Below, one piece after another: positions 1-10,272 of a stretch of DNA of 64,000 nucleotides. The stretch's first letter is position 1; every line of letters begins with the position of its first letter. A program made the translations under genes and the position numbers. The stretch covers positions 512,001 through 576,000 of the forward strand of contig CBDANF010000003.1 in NCBI GenBank assembly GCA_965197475.1, read 5' to 3'. Under the pieces are notes generated by a model, which was not told the origin of the DNA, did not search any database, and saw only the letters and a program-made list of their open reading frames with translations. This stretch comes from Candidatus Poribacteria bacterium (GTDB taxonomy: Bacteria > Poribacteria > WGA-4E > WGA-3G).

Positions 1-30
1 AACGCTCTGTAAGTTTTATTTCCATATTAG

Positions 31-969
31 TTAGTCTCCATCACTTTCCATTCTATCCTTTTCTGGATCATATAGGCGGTATTTATCCCTTCCTATCCAC
101 CTATATCTATCCTCCCCTCTGGGATAGTTCCGTCGTGTCGGGAACTTAACACAGCACCCCCTTATCCATCTTCTTACTTTTTCCACATTGAAATCAGGAT
201 GCTTACCCGAAACGACTCGTTCAATTTCTTTGAGAGAGAATATAGCGTTTGGATCGCCTTTTGTAAATTCCTGAACTGCTTCCCATACAATCTGTTCTAA
301 TGGTTCATCGCTTGGAGGGCGCGGAGGAGAGGAAGACTTTTTCCGGGATTTATTAGGTACAGCGAACTGCTCATCTCCAACAATTGTTTCTGTACTAACG
401 ACGATTTCACCTAACTCTGTCTGGAATATGGAGACAGCTATGCAGGTAACATCTATACCGTGTGAAGTTCGGAGGAAACGGCAGACACGTGTGACTCGCT
501 CTGGTATCTCTTCTGCGACTATGAATAGACGCAATGTGCAATTGAGCGGAGGGAATTCGCTTGTCTCAGACATATCAAATACTGCCCTAAAGACCTCATC
601 AAAAGTTTTGCCTTCAAACTCGCCCCGAGTTTGAAAGTAATTTTCAGCTATCTCACGAATCTGCGATTCCGAAAGTCGCTCTGCCCACGCAGCATAGTCA
701 AGCAGTTGTGCTACTACCTCGCGTGGAGTCCGCCCTTTTTTTAGTTCAACGATGACGAGGTTCCCTTGAAAGTCAACTCCAAGTAGGTCAGAATACATGG
801 TGTTTTCTTCATCTGTAACACTCGTTTGCCGACCAATCCAAAGAAAATCCTCTTGAGCAAGAGTCTGGCTCGGACTATTCTCAAGCCAGTCTTCCAGATG
901 ACTTTCGAGTTCCATATCAGTTTCTTGCGCGATGACAAGTTTATCATTCTGTAATCTAAAAATAGGCAT
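31..969 (-). CDS. NucS/DUF91-like PD-(D/E)XK endonuclease domain protein with C-terminal putative winged-helix domain
   Basis: LESHLEDWL...IGRQ...DLLGVD..GNLVIVELKK...REVVAQLLDYAAW is the typical NucS C-terminal/DUF91 nuclease signature; Pro-rich linker, then a small helical domain. Confidence 0.75.
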   Translation of the reverse strand: MPIFRLQNDKLVIAQETDMELESHLEDWLENSPSQTLAQEDFLWIGRQTSVTDEENTMYSDLLGVDFQGNLVIVELKKGRTPREVVAQLLDYAAWAERLSESQIREIAENYFQTRGEFEGKTFDEVFRAVFDMSETSEFPPLNCTLRLFIVAEEIPERVTRVCRFLRTSHGIDVTCIAVSIFQTELGEIVVSTETIVGDEQFAVPNKSRKKSSSPPRPPSDEPLEQIVWEAVQEFTKGDPNAIFSLKEIERVVSGKHPDFNVEKVRRWIRGCCVKFPTRRNYPRGEDRYRWIGRDKYRLYDPEKDRMESDGD

Positions 970-1018
970 TGTTTTAGGGTGTATGTAAATTGATTGAATT
1001 AATAGACAATTCGTAAAA

Positions 1019-1042
1019 AGCGCGCTTAGAAAGCGCGCCTAC
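1019..1042 (-). repeat. GTAG-REP-like palindrome, family A copy 1
   Basis: Minus strand GTAG-GCGCGCTTTCTAAGCGCGCT; near-identical copies at 9451-9474 and 36129-36152. Confidence 0.7.
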
Positions 1043-1071
1043 CAAGGGAAACACTGTTACTAAAGGGCAAT

Positions 1072-1935
1072 TTACCGCACAAAACAGGAAAGAAATTCGT
1101 GAGAACGCAAAAGACCTTCTGACTCAGCTTCCCATGTGCGCCAATAACGGTAATCTTCCAGCTCAACGCTAACAATACCGTTGAAGTCTACATCTTCAAG
1201 AAGCTGCACTACTTTCAGCCAATCCACAACGCCATCACCGGGAATTGTGTATCGCCACCAATCTTCACCGAACCCACGTGGTCCGTGAAAACTCGGTCCC
1301 AAATTGCCGTGCAGGTAAAGTGCTTCCTCGTCAAAAGCAGTATCTTTTCCGTGAACATGTTTAACATAAGAAGCAAATTCGTTGAGTGCGCGAATATGGT
1401 CAATACCAATTCTGACAAGGTGTGACGGGTCATAGTTGAGACCTAAACCAGTGGAAGGACATTCAGCAAACATGGCACGCCACATTTCAGGCGTACACCC
1501 GAGCGCAGGATACGCAGGTGCACCACCGGGCCAGCCTTCTATGGCAATCGTTACGCCTTGCGACTCAGCGAATTCTGCAATAGGTGGGACGGTATCTTTC
1601 CATATATCAAAGTTTTTGCCGCGTCCGAGGCTTGCATCTTCTGGAACAAAAACGCAGAACATAATGTGAACATCGTTATCAGCAGCAGCTTGTATAGCAG
1701 ATTTCGCCCTTTCCGCACCAGATTTCTGCGTGGATTTTTTTGCGCTGAGAAGTTCGCGAGTCCCAGGCAAATCCGCTGTCCCAATTTCCAAGCCTGCATC
1801 CCTCGCTGTTTTGACGACTTCGGGGGTTGCTTCTCCAATATCAATTGCTTCAAATCCGTTATCAGCACACCACTTACAGAAATCCGAGAACGGCATTTGA
1901 CGCGCTGTGCCGGGAATACGTAAACCTATTTTCAT
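1072..1935 (-). CDS. Sugar phosphate isomerase/epimerase (xylose isomerase-like TIM barrel, AP_endonuc_2)
   Basis: IAIEGW, LNYDPSHL, HVHGKD, PGDGVVDW and SVELED metal-binding motifs. Confidence 0.85.
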   Translation of the reverse strand: MKIGLRIPGTARQMPFSDFCKWCADNGFEAIDIGEATPEVVKTARDAGLEIGTADLPGTRELLSAKKSTQKSGAERAKSAIQAAADNDVHIMFCVFVPEDASLGRGKNFDIWKDTVPPIAEFAESQGVTIAIEGWPGGAPAYPALGCTPEMWRAMFAECPSTGLGLNYDPSHLVRIGIDHIRALNEFASYVKHVHGKDTAFDEEALYLHGNLGPSFHGPRGFGEDWWRYTIPGDGVVDWLKVVQLLEDVDFNGIVSVELEDYRYWRTWEAESEGLLRSHEFLSCFVR

Positions 1936-1972
1936 ATTTTTCCTTTTTCCTCTATTTCTTGTGGAGTGGTTT

Positions 1973-3193
1973 CTAATATCCCATTAATCCGCAACAACGG
2001 CGACATACCGGCATCGGACCATCTGTACTAATAGATTGCCGGAATTTCATCGCCTTCTGATTATTCCACATATCAACAACCTTGTCATCTTTGATGTTGC
2101 CAATAATATAGTCATGGTAATCCCGACATAGACTCACGTCTCCGTTGCTATCAATTTCTAAAGTCATATAGATACTAACACACTGGTTGTAACCAAAGGT
2201 TTGCTCATGGTCAGTGTAGTAGCGTTGAATTTCACCTTTTGAGTTTAACCTCGGCATCATGACAGGTGGACATCGCTTCTGCTTTTCAGAAAGATTTTCC
2301 ATCTCTTCAAACCGATCCAGAATTACGCCATGGTCAAAATCGTGCCATGTGCCAATCCATCCGTAATGCGTTTGTGGTTTGAACCCAAAACGTCTTTCAA
2401 ACTCCTCCGTATGTTCCTGAGCGGATTCAGCATCTATCCACCATGTCAAGTAGAAGATTTGCGCATCTGCAAATTGGCTGGTGAACTTGTAAAGATCAAC
2501 CACTACATCAATGTTATACATCGTGACACAGCTAAGCGGGATAATATAAGGGAAATTTTGGTTTCGCCGTTCTTTCTCCGCACTGAGGATTTCCAACGCT
2601 GCTTTGACATCCTTGAAGCTGTCATAGTTTTCTGAAACACCAGGGCGTTGTGTATTGTGGATTTCCTCATTCGGTCCATCAACGCTTAGGTAGATAATTT
2701 TGCATGTTTCCAAAATATCGTCAGCACGTCTTGCGATGTTAGTAGCGTTGCTAACAAGAGAGATAGGCATCCCTTTCTCTTTGATGTAGTGCATCAATTC
2801 TATAATGCCGGGATAAAGCATCGGTTCACCACCCCAGATGTACCACACAGGAGACCAGCCTGCATCAACAATCTGGTCAACCAGATTTTTATAGATTTCC
2901 ACAGGTACTTCGCGTTGTTTTAATTCTTTAAGTGATTTGCCGACGAGGTACCCGTTATCCCCCCACTGCCCACAGGAATGACAACGCAGATTACACATAT
3001 CCGTAATACGGAGACTAACTAACTGAATATCATCCCCCTTGCCATGCTTCGCGCCAAACGGGTGACGCATGTTGAAGGTTTCTTTCGCAAACTGGTAACG
3101 CATCAACTTACGCGAAGTGCTCCAATCCTCTGTTACTGCGGTTGCCAGTTGGTTAACAAGGAACCGCGATGAGATTCGACTTCTTAGTGACAT
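1973..3193 (-). CDS. Radical SAM protein with SPASM/twitch domain
   Basis: CNLRCHSC (CxxxCxxC), GGEP, C-terminal C..x..GDVSLC...IGNI...W...CRRCC. Confidence 0.9.
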   Translation of the reverse strand: MSLRSRISSRFLVNQLATAVTEDWSTSRKLMRYQFAKETFNMRHPFGAKHGKGDDIQLVSLRITDMCNLRCHSCGQWGDNGYLVGKSLKELKQREVPVEIYKNLVDQIVDAGWSPVWYIWGGEPMLYPGIIELMHYIKEKGMPISLVSNATNIARRADDILETCKIIYLSVDGPNEEIHNTQRPGVSENYDSFKDVKAALEILSAEKERRNQNFPYIIPLSCVTMYNIDVVVDLYKFTSQFADAQIFYLTWWIDAESAQEHTEEFERRFGFKPQTHYGWIGTWHDFDHGVILDRFEEMENLSEKQKRCPPVMMPRLNSKGEIQRYYTDHEQTFGYNQCVSIYMTLEIDSNGDVSLCRDYHDYIIGNIKDDKVVDMWNNQKAMKFRQSISTDGPMPVCRRCCGLMGY

Positions 3194-3282
3194 AAATACT
3201 CCTTTCCATAAGGCAAGGCATTAACTCAGCCTTTGGAAAATCGGATGTAAAATTACATATTAAATTTTTAAAGATGTATTGG

Positions 3283-3696
3283 TTAGGATTCGTCATCTGA
3301 CTTCACAAGTGTAAGTGCTGCTGAATTGAGACAGTAACGTTTCCCTGTTGGTTTTGGTCCATCATTGAACACATGTCCAAGGTGTGCGTCACAACGACTA
3401 CAAACGACTTCAGTACGCGGCATGAAAAAGATGCTGAAATCCGTTTTTGTCTCAATACAACCAGAGGAAACAGGATCCCAAAAACTGGGCCATCCTGTTC
3501 CGGAATCATATTTTGTTTCTGAGGTAAAAAGTGGACTACCACAACAGATACAGCGATAGGTGCCTTGTTCTTTACAATCGTGGTATTGGCCTGTAAAAGC
3601 ACGCTCGGTCCCCTTCTTCCGAGTGACTTTATATTCTTCAGGTGAGAGTTGTTCTTTCCACTCGTGGTCTGATTTAGTTATTTTTTCTACACCCAT
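3283..3696 (-). CDS. msrB: Peptide-methionine (R)-S-oxide reductase MsrB
   Basis: [47 protein letters not shown]. Confidence 0.97.
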   Translation of the reverse strand: MGVEKITKSDHEWKEQLSPEEYKVTRKKGTERAFTGQYHDCKEQGTYRCICCGSPLFTSETKYDSGTGWPSFWDPVSSGCIETKTDFSIFFMPRTEVVCSRCDAHLGHVFNDGPKPTGKRYCLNSAALTLVKSDDES

Positions 3697-3866
3697 TTTT
3701 CACTCCTCAATTTTCTTGCTGTATACTATCACATATTTTGACAAAAAATGCAAGGATGTTTTATAGTTTAGACAGCACCATTCAATTCTCGGAAGTACTC
3801 TTGTAAGAAGACATTGTAAATCACCCTACAATTTAACGAAATTTTGTATAGAACATTTTAAAATAC

Positions 3867-5084
3867 TTAATTTTTTTTCTTCACCGGCCCTAAAACCTTG
3901 CATGTAGTGGCAGAAAGGATTTCATATCGCACGCCGCCCCAAACGATCTTCCGCTGGAACATAGCATACAAAGCATTGATACCCGCGAGGAAAATGGAAA
4001 ACGGTGCAGCGTATTTACTGATACGGAGTGTGTCCCGCACCCTCGGCGTATCGCGTAGCCACTGCGGAAGATTTCGGCAACAGAGTCGATAACTTATCAC
4101 CTCAAAAAATGGTATGAAAATGACCGGTAGGAGTCCCGGTTTAGAACCCAGAAAAGGAATAGCAAACGGAATTGCGCCAAAAATCAGAACTGCTTTCGGG
4201 AGAAAGAGAATCAAACTGCCAAACCACTGTGCCCACAAACCCATGTGGCGTGTCATAATCATCTGGCGATTTGTAAATTCAAAAATCTGCCCCCATGTTC
4301 GGTTTGATGTACGCGTAACCGCGACGCAATCAGGAACAAAATGTATTTTACGTTTAACGTCTCGGACAGCGCGAGTCGTGTTGAGGTCTTCAATAGTTGC
4401 TTGCTCCCAACGTTGTAGTATCTGCCCTTTTTCAAGGAATTCGCGCCGAAATGCGTTAGAACCGCCCCATACCATTGTAAGACGATGGTCTCCCTGTAAT
4501 GCCATTTGGAAGTTAACCCAAGTGGCTTCAACAAGAGATGGAAAGTTCCAAGTTTGTGGGAAATAGAATCTACCGCCGACAGTCGCGCCGATTTCAGGAT
4601 CCTGAAGTGGTGTAACAAGAAGCCTAAGCCAATCTTTCCGGATTGCCACATCAGCGTCCACAAAAGCGATAACTTCAACATCTTTGGGTAAACTTTTGAT
4701 TACGGTCATAAGGTTCTGCACTTTTTGAGAACGTGGTAGATTGTTTTCAACGATGTTCGGTGCTAAAAGGACATCAGCATGTGGAACATTTTCTACAAGT
4801 TCTTGTAGATGTGGGTAAGAGACATCATAGCCGTTGCCAGCTTTTTGGTGCGTCACGAAGCAGACCTGATATTCGCCAGCGTAATTCTGATGAAGCAAAC
4901 TCATTGCGTGCTCAGCAGTATCGTCATCCCACCCATAGTGAGGAGCGACTATAGCCACTTTTGGCGTATATGCAGGTCTCTCGGTCTTCCGTTCACGACG
5001 TGCATAGAAAAAGGATTGACTAATCAATAACAACTCAAGGATGAAGAAAAAGTAGGTGGTTAGAAGAATAAAAGATGTGTTCAT
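3867..5084 (-). CDS. Membrane glycosyltransferase family 2/21 (ceramide glucosyltransferase/HpnI-like)
   Basis: N-terminal TM, KVQNL, FVDAD (DxD), WGGS..F, IED, RQ motif, C-terminal TMs and W.GVRY; ATG at 5084 preferred over TTG at 5093. Confidence 0.8.
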   Translation of the reverse strand: MNTSFILLTTYFFFILELLLISQSFFYARRERKTERPAYTPKVAIVAPHYGWDDDTAEHAMSLLHQNYAGEYQVCFVTHQKAGNGYDVSYPHLQELVENVPHADVLLAPNIVENNLPRSQKVQNLMTVIKSLPKDVEVIAFVDADVAIRKDWLRLLVTPLQDPEIGATVGGRFYFPQTWNFPSLVEATWVNFQMALQGDHRLTMVWGGSNAFRREFLEKGQILQRWEQATIEDLNTTRAVRDVKRKIHFVPDCVAVTRTSNRTWGQIFEFTNRQMIMTRHMGLWAQWFGSLILFLPKAVLIFGAIPFAIPFLGSKPGLLPVIFIPFFEVISYRLCCRNLPQWLRDTPRVRDTLRISKYAAPFSIFLAGINALYAMFQRKIVWGGVRYEILSATTCKVLGPVKKKN

Positions 5085-5111
5085 AGTATTCAATGTAAAA
5101 CCGATAACTAA

Positions 5112-5137
5112 CCTATAGATATTGGAATATCTATAGG
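5112..5137. terminator. Perfect inverted repeat (terminator-like or operator)
   Basis: CCTATAGATATT-GG-AATATCTATAGG between the DUF4340 stop and the glycosyltransferase start. Confidence 0.4.
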
Positions 5138-5195
5138 CGTTGGCTTTTCTTTCCTCCTATCAATCGATCAATATGTGGTTAAAAATGTTTTGAAA

Positions 5196-7034
5196 TTACT
5201 CATCTTCTGTAGTACGAAGCCACTCAAGTTTCGTTTTAAGTTTTTGAATTAGTTCAGCATTGATCAAAAAAATTTGATCGGGTTCATTCTGAAGCCTGGC
5301 ATAGTAGTGACCAGATGTACCAGTCTTGCCGATTTGCAAAGTGAAAACTCTCTGAATCCGTAATTCTACGGTGATTTGGACTTGTGGCGAACTGAAACCG
5401 GTTTTAGTATCAGGCAGATCAATATTTTCATCTAATAGAGTTCTGTCAACAAATTCTTCTGCTTTTAAATCGATCAATCCATACAGAAGAGCGTTGACTT
5501 CAGCATTGTTTGCGTTTTCTTGGACGGGCGAAGTCAACCTCCAATTACTACCAAGACGTTGGCATGTGATTGAAACTCTATTATTTTTTTGTGAACCGTC
5601 ACTATATTGTACAGTAAAACGTATTGGATCATCAATACTAAATTTGAAAATTTGCTTATCTCGGAGCCACGCTTCACCTTTTGCTATTTTATCAATGAGG
5701 TCACGTTCAACACGGGTAATCTGTTCTGAATTGTTGGCTTTGACGTATACGGTATCATCTTTGGCAAAGTTCCCGATAAGCAGTTCCGTAGGTTTTTCTT
5801 CACCACGTATCGTAAATATTACTCGTATTGACGGTGTTTCTAAACCATATAATACGAGATTTTTTGCTGAGTCGGTAACAAACGCAACCGTTTCCAGTGA
5901 ATCGATGCCGAAAAGCAGGTCGCTAACCGCCTGTGGATCAGCCACTGTTTTTTCTGAACCTTGTAGTTGCCATGTATCCTTACGCAGCTTAATGCAAACA
6001 ATTTTTTGCGTATTGCGTTGGATTTCAAATTTAGTTGTGTCTTCTCGCTGAAAATCGAGTACGCGTTTATCACGCAGGTCAAAAACGGATTTATTCAGAA
6101 GTCGGATGATGCTCTCGTTAACCGTGTATATTCCGCCTTGATGGATGGATTTGACATAGACGCGTCCCTTTTCATTACTATCTTGGTCCGGAGCAGACAG
6201 AACGGCTGAACCGACATCAAGTCCATAAGTTCCATTTGCATCTTTTAACAAAAACTTGATGCGTGGGTTGTCTAAACCGGACTTTTCTAAAAGTGGCATA
6301 ACATCGGAACCATCCGCTTCAAAGGTGGACACCTGAAGTGAATGCAATTCCGATAGGATGTAATCAATTTCCTGTGTGTCAGCATTCACAGATAGTGGGT
6401 GTGTCATTTTCCAGTCGTATCCTTTTTTCTGACACGAAAGCACCTCAGGCTTTTGAAATTGAATATCAGTGACTGAAGTGGGATTGAATTTAATAACTGA
6501 TCGGTCACGAAGATCCGTTGGAGATTTTGCGAGATCGTCAAGCGCACTGGATTCTATCAAGAAAATATGCGCTTCCGATTGCTCTTTGGTGTAAACAGAA
6601 AAGTTTATCCCCTTTTTGCCGATGAGAAAGGTTTTTGGTGAAACGTCAAGGTCTTTCCACAGTTCTACTTTAATTGTAGGTATCTCCAATCCATACTGCT
6701 TATGTGTAGTCACTTCAAGGGTTTGTTTGATGCGTTTGTTGAGAAAATCTCCTAACATTTCGTTAACTTTCGCGGTATCTGAGTGAGCATTAAATGGTGT
6801 TGTTAACTGCCATATTTTATTAGCATCTTTCACTACGGTCAATGTTTGATATGCATCATCAGTGTATGAGAGTCGGATTTGCCTGATTTGTCCTATCGGC
6901 AAGTCGTATACTTCAGAGATTTTCGGTTTTTTGTTCTCCGTAGTCTTATCAGTAGATCCATTAAAAAAAAGAAAATACGTTACCGCAATCCCCACCAACA
7001 CGATTATAATGATAAAGGTTGATCGGAAGCTCAC
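5196..7034 (-). CDS. DUF4340 domain protein (repeated domains), Gld-type ABC accessory
   Basis: N-terminal TM; repeated W.(L/M)T.P....AD, YGL..P, LRDK units; overlaps the GldG-like gene stop. Confidence 0.8.
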   Translation of the reverse strand: MSFRSTFIIIIVLVGIAVTYFLFFNGSTDKTTENKKPKISEVYDLPIGQIRQIRLSYTDDAYQTLTVVKDANKIWQLTTPFNAHSDTAKVNEMLGDFLNKRIKQTLEVTTHKQYGLEIPTIKVELWKDLDVSPKTFLIGKKGINFSVYTKEQSEAHIFLIESSALDDLAKSPTDLRDRSVIKFNPTSVTDIQFQKPEVLSCQKKGYDWKMTHPLSVNADTQEIDYILSELHSLQVSTFEADGSDVMPLLEKSGLDNPRIKFLLKDANGTYGLDVGSAVLSAPDQDSNEKGRVYVKSIHQGGIYTVNESIIRLLNKSVFDLRDKRVLDFQREDTTKFEIQRNTQKIVCIKLRKDTWQLQGSEKTVADPQAVSDLLFGIDSLETVAFVTDSAKNLVLYGLETPSIRVIFTIRGEEKPTELLIGNFAKDDTVYVKANNSEQITRVERDLIDKIAKGEAWLRDKQIFKFSIDDPIRFTVQYSDGSQKNNRVSITCQRLGSNWRLTSPVQENANNAEVNALLYGLIDLKAEEFVDRTLLDENIDLPDTKTGFSSPQVQITVELRIQRVFTLQIGKTGTSGHYYARLQNEPDQIFLINAELIQKLKTKLEWLRTTEDE

Positions 7035-8620
7035 GCAGTCCCTCCTTCACGGCGTAACCACCAGACAACGATTCCAGCAATAAACACGATTAACGGGATT
7101 AGAAAAACAGAAGTTATTCGCACAAGACCGGCATCTTGGTCAGTCATCCTACGTAAGACTTGTTTGCTCGGATCAATTGGACGAATAGCAATGAGGTCCT
7201 CCTCTTCAGTGAGCCAATTGACTGTGGCTAAAAAGAGGTCGCGACTTGGTGGTCCGAAAAAGAATTTCGCTGCAAAGTCCGAATCTCCAAATACGACAAT
7301 TCGAGTTAGGCTTGATCCGGTTCCAGTCTCTGTGCTTTCGTTAATTTTCTTTTCAACCGCAACAGCAATAGACACAGGTCCTGGCGTATCCACCCCGGGA
7401 TTATAGACATAGTTGCCGAATGTCCCATCCTGTTTTCGTTGTGTCTCACCCCAACTAAACCCCACTGGACTGATAGTTTCCGCTATGGATTTAACGCTGA
7501 GATCGGCTTTCCTATCTTCAATCGGTGTAACGGAGCGTGTATACGGAAACGAGAGGGGATATCGCATTACCTTAGTGATGTCGTGAATTACGAAGCCAGG
7601 AACTGGCGCGCTAGGTCCTTGGAGAACATCATAACGATCCTTGTGAACGTCAATTACCAGATCATTTCCTACTGCCACTCCCCATTTTTTCATCAGTTGT
7701 ACGAGTCCTTTATTTATATCTTGAGCAGAACTCGATGGATTCAGCAATAGGAGCAGCTTTCCGTTCTGTGCGAGATATTTTTCAATTAATCTAATTTCAT
7801 TGGGTGACAAACCATTTTTTGGTCCGGCAATGACAAGTAGTTCACAATCTCCTGGAATATCGGATTGTGTTAGGAACGAGTGAGAAAATACGGCGTAGTT
7901 TTGATTCTCCAATTCTTCTTTTACGTCGCTATACCCCATATTGCTAAGGTCGTTAATATCATGCTCGCCATGACCCTCAAGGAAATATACATTTTTGGTT
8001 TTGTTCTGAATGATTTTGAGAAGTGCGCTGGTGAATTTCTGCTCGTCAACAACAGTCACCTTCTCCTGCCGTTTTTCATCATCAAAAATTGTTGTTCCAT
8101 CCCTCTCAATATTATACTTTTCCGCAAGCGTATTTTCAATGTCAGGATCTTTAAATGACACTGTTATAAATTTAGTTTCGTGCTGGTACAATTCCAGCCA
8201 ATGTTTCGCTTGTGGCATCTGAGGATGGGTGTCTTTGAAAAATGCGATTACCTGAACTTTTTTATCAAGTTTTTTTAAAATCTGCATTGTTTGTTCAGAT
8301 AGCGAATTGAACCGCAATTCTGTTAAATCTACTCTTTTATCAAACCGTTGCACAACAATAACGTTGACAAAAACCGCTATGCTTATAACGCCAAGAATGC
8401 TCAGTGCGACGTTTGTGCCGTAACGCAGCTGCCGACTCACAAAAAAGTTAGCAAATTCCTTAAAACGCAATCTTGCAAAAACAGCAAGTGATACTAAACA
8501 GAGAATTAGACAAATCGTAAAAGCTAACCATGCTTTAAGGAAAAAACATGCAATCGAAACAAAACAGAAAATTAAGGTCAGAAAGCCAAACATGGGTCCA
8601 GCAACGTTTCTTCTTGCCAT
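7031..8620 (-). CDS. GldG-family ABC transporter auxiliary protein
   Basis: RVDLT...SLS.QT, YFLEGHGEH, LVIAGPK, RIVVFGDSDFA, VNWL, C-terminal TM followed by WW.RR. Confidence 0.85.
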   Translation of the reverse strand: MARRNVAGPMFGFLTLIFCFVSIACFFLKAWLAFTICLILCLVSLAVFARLRFKEFANFFVSRQLRYGTNVALSILGVISIAVFVNVIVVQRFDKRVDLTELRFNSLSEQTMQILKKLDKKVQVIAFFKDTHPQMPQAKHWLELYQHETKFITVSFKDPDIENTLAEKYNIERDGTTIFDDEKRQEKVTVVDEQKFTSALLKIIQNKTKNVYFLEGHGEHDINDLSNMGYSDVKEELENQNYAVFSHSFLTQSDIPGDCELLVIAGPKNGLSPNEIRLIEKYLAQNGKLLLLLNPSSSAQDINKGLVQLMKKWGVAVGNDLVIDVHKDRYDVLQGPSAPVPGFVIHDITKVMRYPLSFPYTRSVTPIEDRKADLSVKSIAETISPVGFSWGETQRKQDGTFGNYVYNPGVDTPGPVSIAVAVEKKINESTETGTGSSLTRIVVFGDSDFAAKFFFGPPSRDLFLATVNWLTEEEDLIAIRPIDPSKQVLRRMTDQDAGLVRITSVFLIPLIVFIAGIVVWWLRREGGTA

Positions 8621-8623
8621 ACC

Positions 8624-9358
8624 TTATCTCCATTTTGATGACTCAATTGACTTGAACGTTGCAAAAAGACAGATACCTGTAAAGCTAACGTAGTAGACGA
8701 CATCTTTTAGCTGGATGACACCGCGTGCAAAATCGTTATAGTGCTCAATAAATGAGAGGTAACTCAGGAACTGTCCAATTGATCCAGCACGACCGGAGGG
8801 TGTCCCTATTACCCATAATGTCAAAAAAAAACCAAAACTCGTCAAGGCAGCAATAATTTGATTCTTACTCATTGAGGACATCAGTAAACCGAATGCAAGA
8901 AAGCATGAACTGATGAGAATGAGACCGAGGTAGCCACTCAGAAGAAGACCCGCGTCTAAGGGGCCGAAACGTTGTGTCAAAAACGGGAAGAGGAACGTCA
9001 AGACAAGCATAATGATAAGCAGTGTCCAACTTGCAAGAAATTTTCCGAGTACTACCTGACTATCAGTAATCGGAGAGGTAAGAAGCAATTCAATAGTCCC
9101 AGACTTGCGTTCTTCGGCGAATAGTTTCATTGTTAACACTGGCGTAAAAAATAGGAGGATGACAGCTAGTTGTCCGAAGACTGACTGCATCACACCAATA
9201 CCATAACCGCCGTTGGTGCTTGCATATATTAAAGCGATAAAAAAAAGAAACCCTGAAATCGCTGAAAAAACAATACAGACAAAATAGGCGATCGGTGAAA
9301 CGAAGTAGGTGTAGAGTTCTTTAGTGCAAACTGCAAGTATGTTTCTCATTTTCAGCAT
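8624..9358 (-). CDS. GldF-like ABC-2 transporter permease
   Basis: KELYTYFVSPIAY, P.LTMKLFAEERKSGTIELLLTSP, VVLGKF, H...F.RGVI. Confidence 0.9.
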   Translation of the reverse strand: MLKMRNILAVCTKELYTYFVSPIAYFVCIVFSAISGFLFFIALIYASTNGGYGIGVMQSVFGQLAVILLFFTPVLTMKLFAEERKSGTIELLLTSPITDSQVVLGKFLASWTLLIIMLVLTFLFPFLTQRFGPLDAGLLLSGYLGLILISSCFLAFGLLMSSMSKNQIIAALTSFGFFLTLWVIGTPSGRAGSIGQFLSYLSFIEHYNDFARGVIQLKDVVYYVSFTGICLFATFKSIESSKWR

Positions 9359-9450
9359 TAGGCGTGGTGCCAGATAAAATTGAGTGTTACCTTTCCTGCT
9401 TTACCAAACGATACTATAGAAAACCTATGATTAATTGAGACATCTTTGAT

Positions 9451-9474
9451 AGCGCGCTTACAAAGCGCACCTAC
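9451..9474 (-). repeat. GTAG-REP-like palindrome, family A copy 2
   Basis: AGCGCGCTTACAAAGCGCACCTAC on the plus strand. Confidence 0.7.
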
Positions 9475-9502
9475 TACGTTATCGGCATATTTATTTTCCA
9501 CG

Positions 9503-10243
9503 TCAACGCTGTCCAAACTGCTTCCGAACCTTTCCAATGAAGAAGGGACCGAGGGATTCAATATATTTGGTCGTCTGTTCTGTTTTGCGCATATCTTGTA
9601 TCAGTCGTGATAACGGATATAATTCTGCTCCTACTAAGCCGATAACGAACTCATTATCGTTTGTATCTAATCCGAAGCATGCCAACCGAATATCACTTGC
9701 ATAACCCCCCGCAGCATAGCCTCGACCGAGCATAGCGTGTTCGCCTAAAATTCTTCCGCGATCGCGCGGTTCAAGTTGGTAAAATTCCGGTTTTCGACGT
9801 AGGGGATACCAAATTGCCCAAGGAAAGTCAGGATTGAGAACATTATTACGCGGTTTGTTGAGGAGCCACTCTTCCAAATCGGGTTCTCTTCCGCTTGAAT
9901 AGGTTCGTCCGATCATCGTCATTTCGGGTCGATAGGTGAGATTAGGAACGTCTTGTGCATTTACTAATAAGGACCTTGATTCAGCCATTAACGCCGCTGG
10001 GTCTTCTGCCATGAAAAGCACACCGATGCCGGTTGGATGATTCAAATCGTCATACAATACTGCGTTCAGACTACTTCTTTCAAGCGTTTCAATGATGAAT
10101 GTAGAGTCGTGGCATTCTTCAAAAACATGGAGTTGAAAGAACAATCGGCGGTCGCTATATTGAGGTTCACCGTCAATTGGTGTTCCTATCTCGCGAATGT
10201 CCAAAGGTTTTGGTCGTGTAGGTCTTTCTGTTTCGCTTTGCAT
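9503..10243 (-). CDS. Chlorite dismutase/coproheme decarboxylase (ChdC/HemQ)-family protein
   Basis: YPLRRKPEFYQL...R..IL.EH...G, FGLD..EFVIG, LIQDMR.T, GPFFIG. Confidence 0.8.
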   Translation of the reverse strand: MQSETERPTRPKPLDIREIGTPIDGEPQYSDRRLFFQLHVFEECHDSTFIIETLERSSLNAVLYDDLNHPTGIGVLFMAEDPAALMAESRSLLVNAQDVPNLTYRPEMTMIGRTYSSGREPDLEEWLLNKPRNNVLNPDFPWAIWYPLRRKPEFYQLEPRDRGRILGEHAMLGRGYAAGGYASDIRLACFGLDTNDNEFVIGLVGAELYPLSRLIQDMRKTEQTTKYIESLGPFFIGKVRKQFGQR

Positions 10244-10272
10244 AATAGAATTTGTCTTCTAATTCCTTTAGT

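Noticed and set aside
5371-6051. 226-aa plus-strand ORF and the many other short ORFs antisense to or nested in called genes
   Set aside because: Shadow frames of well-supported genes, with no recognisable motifs or RBS
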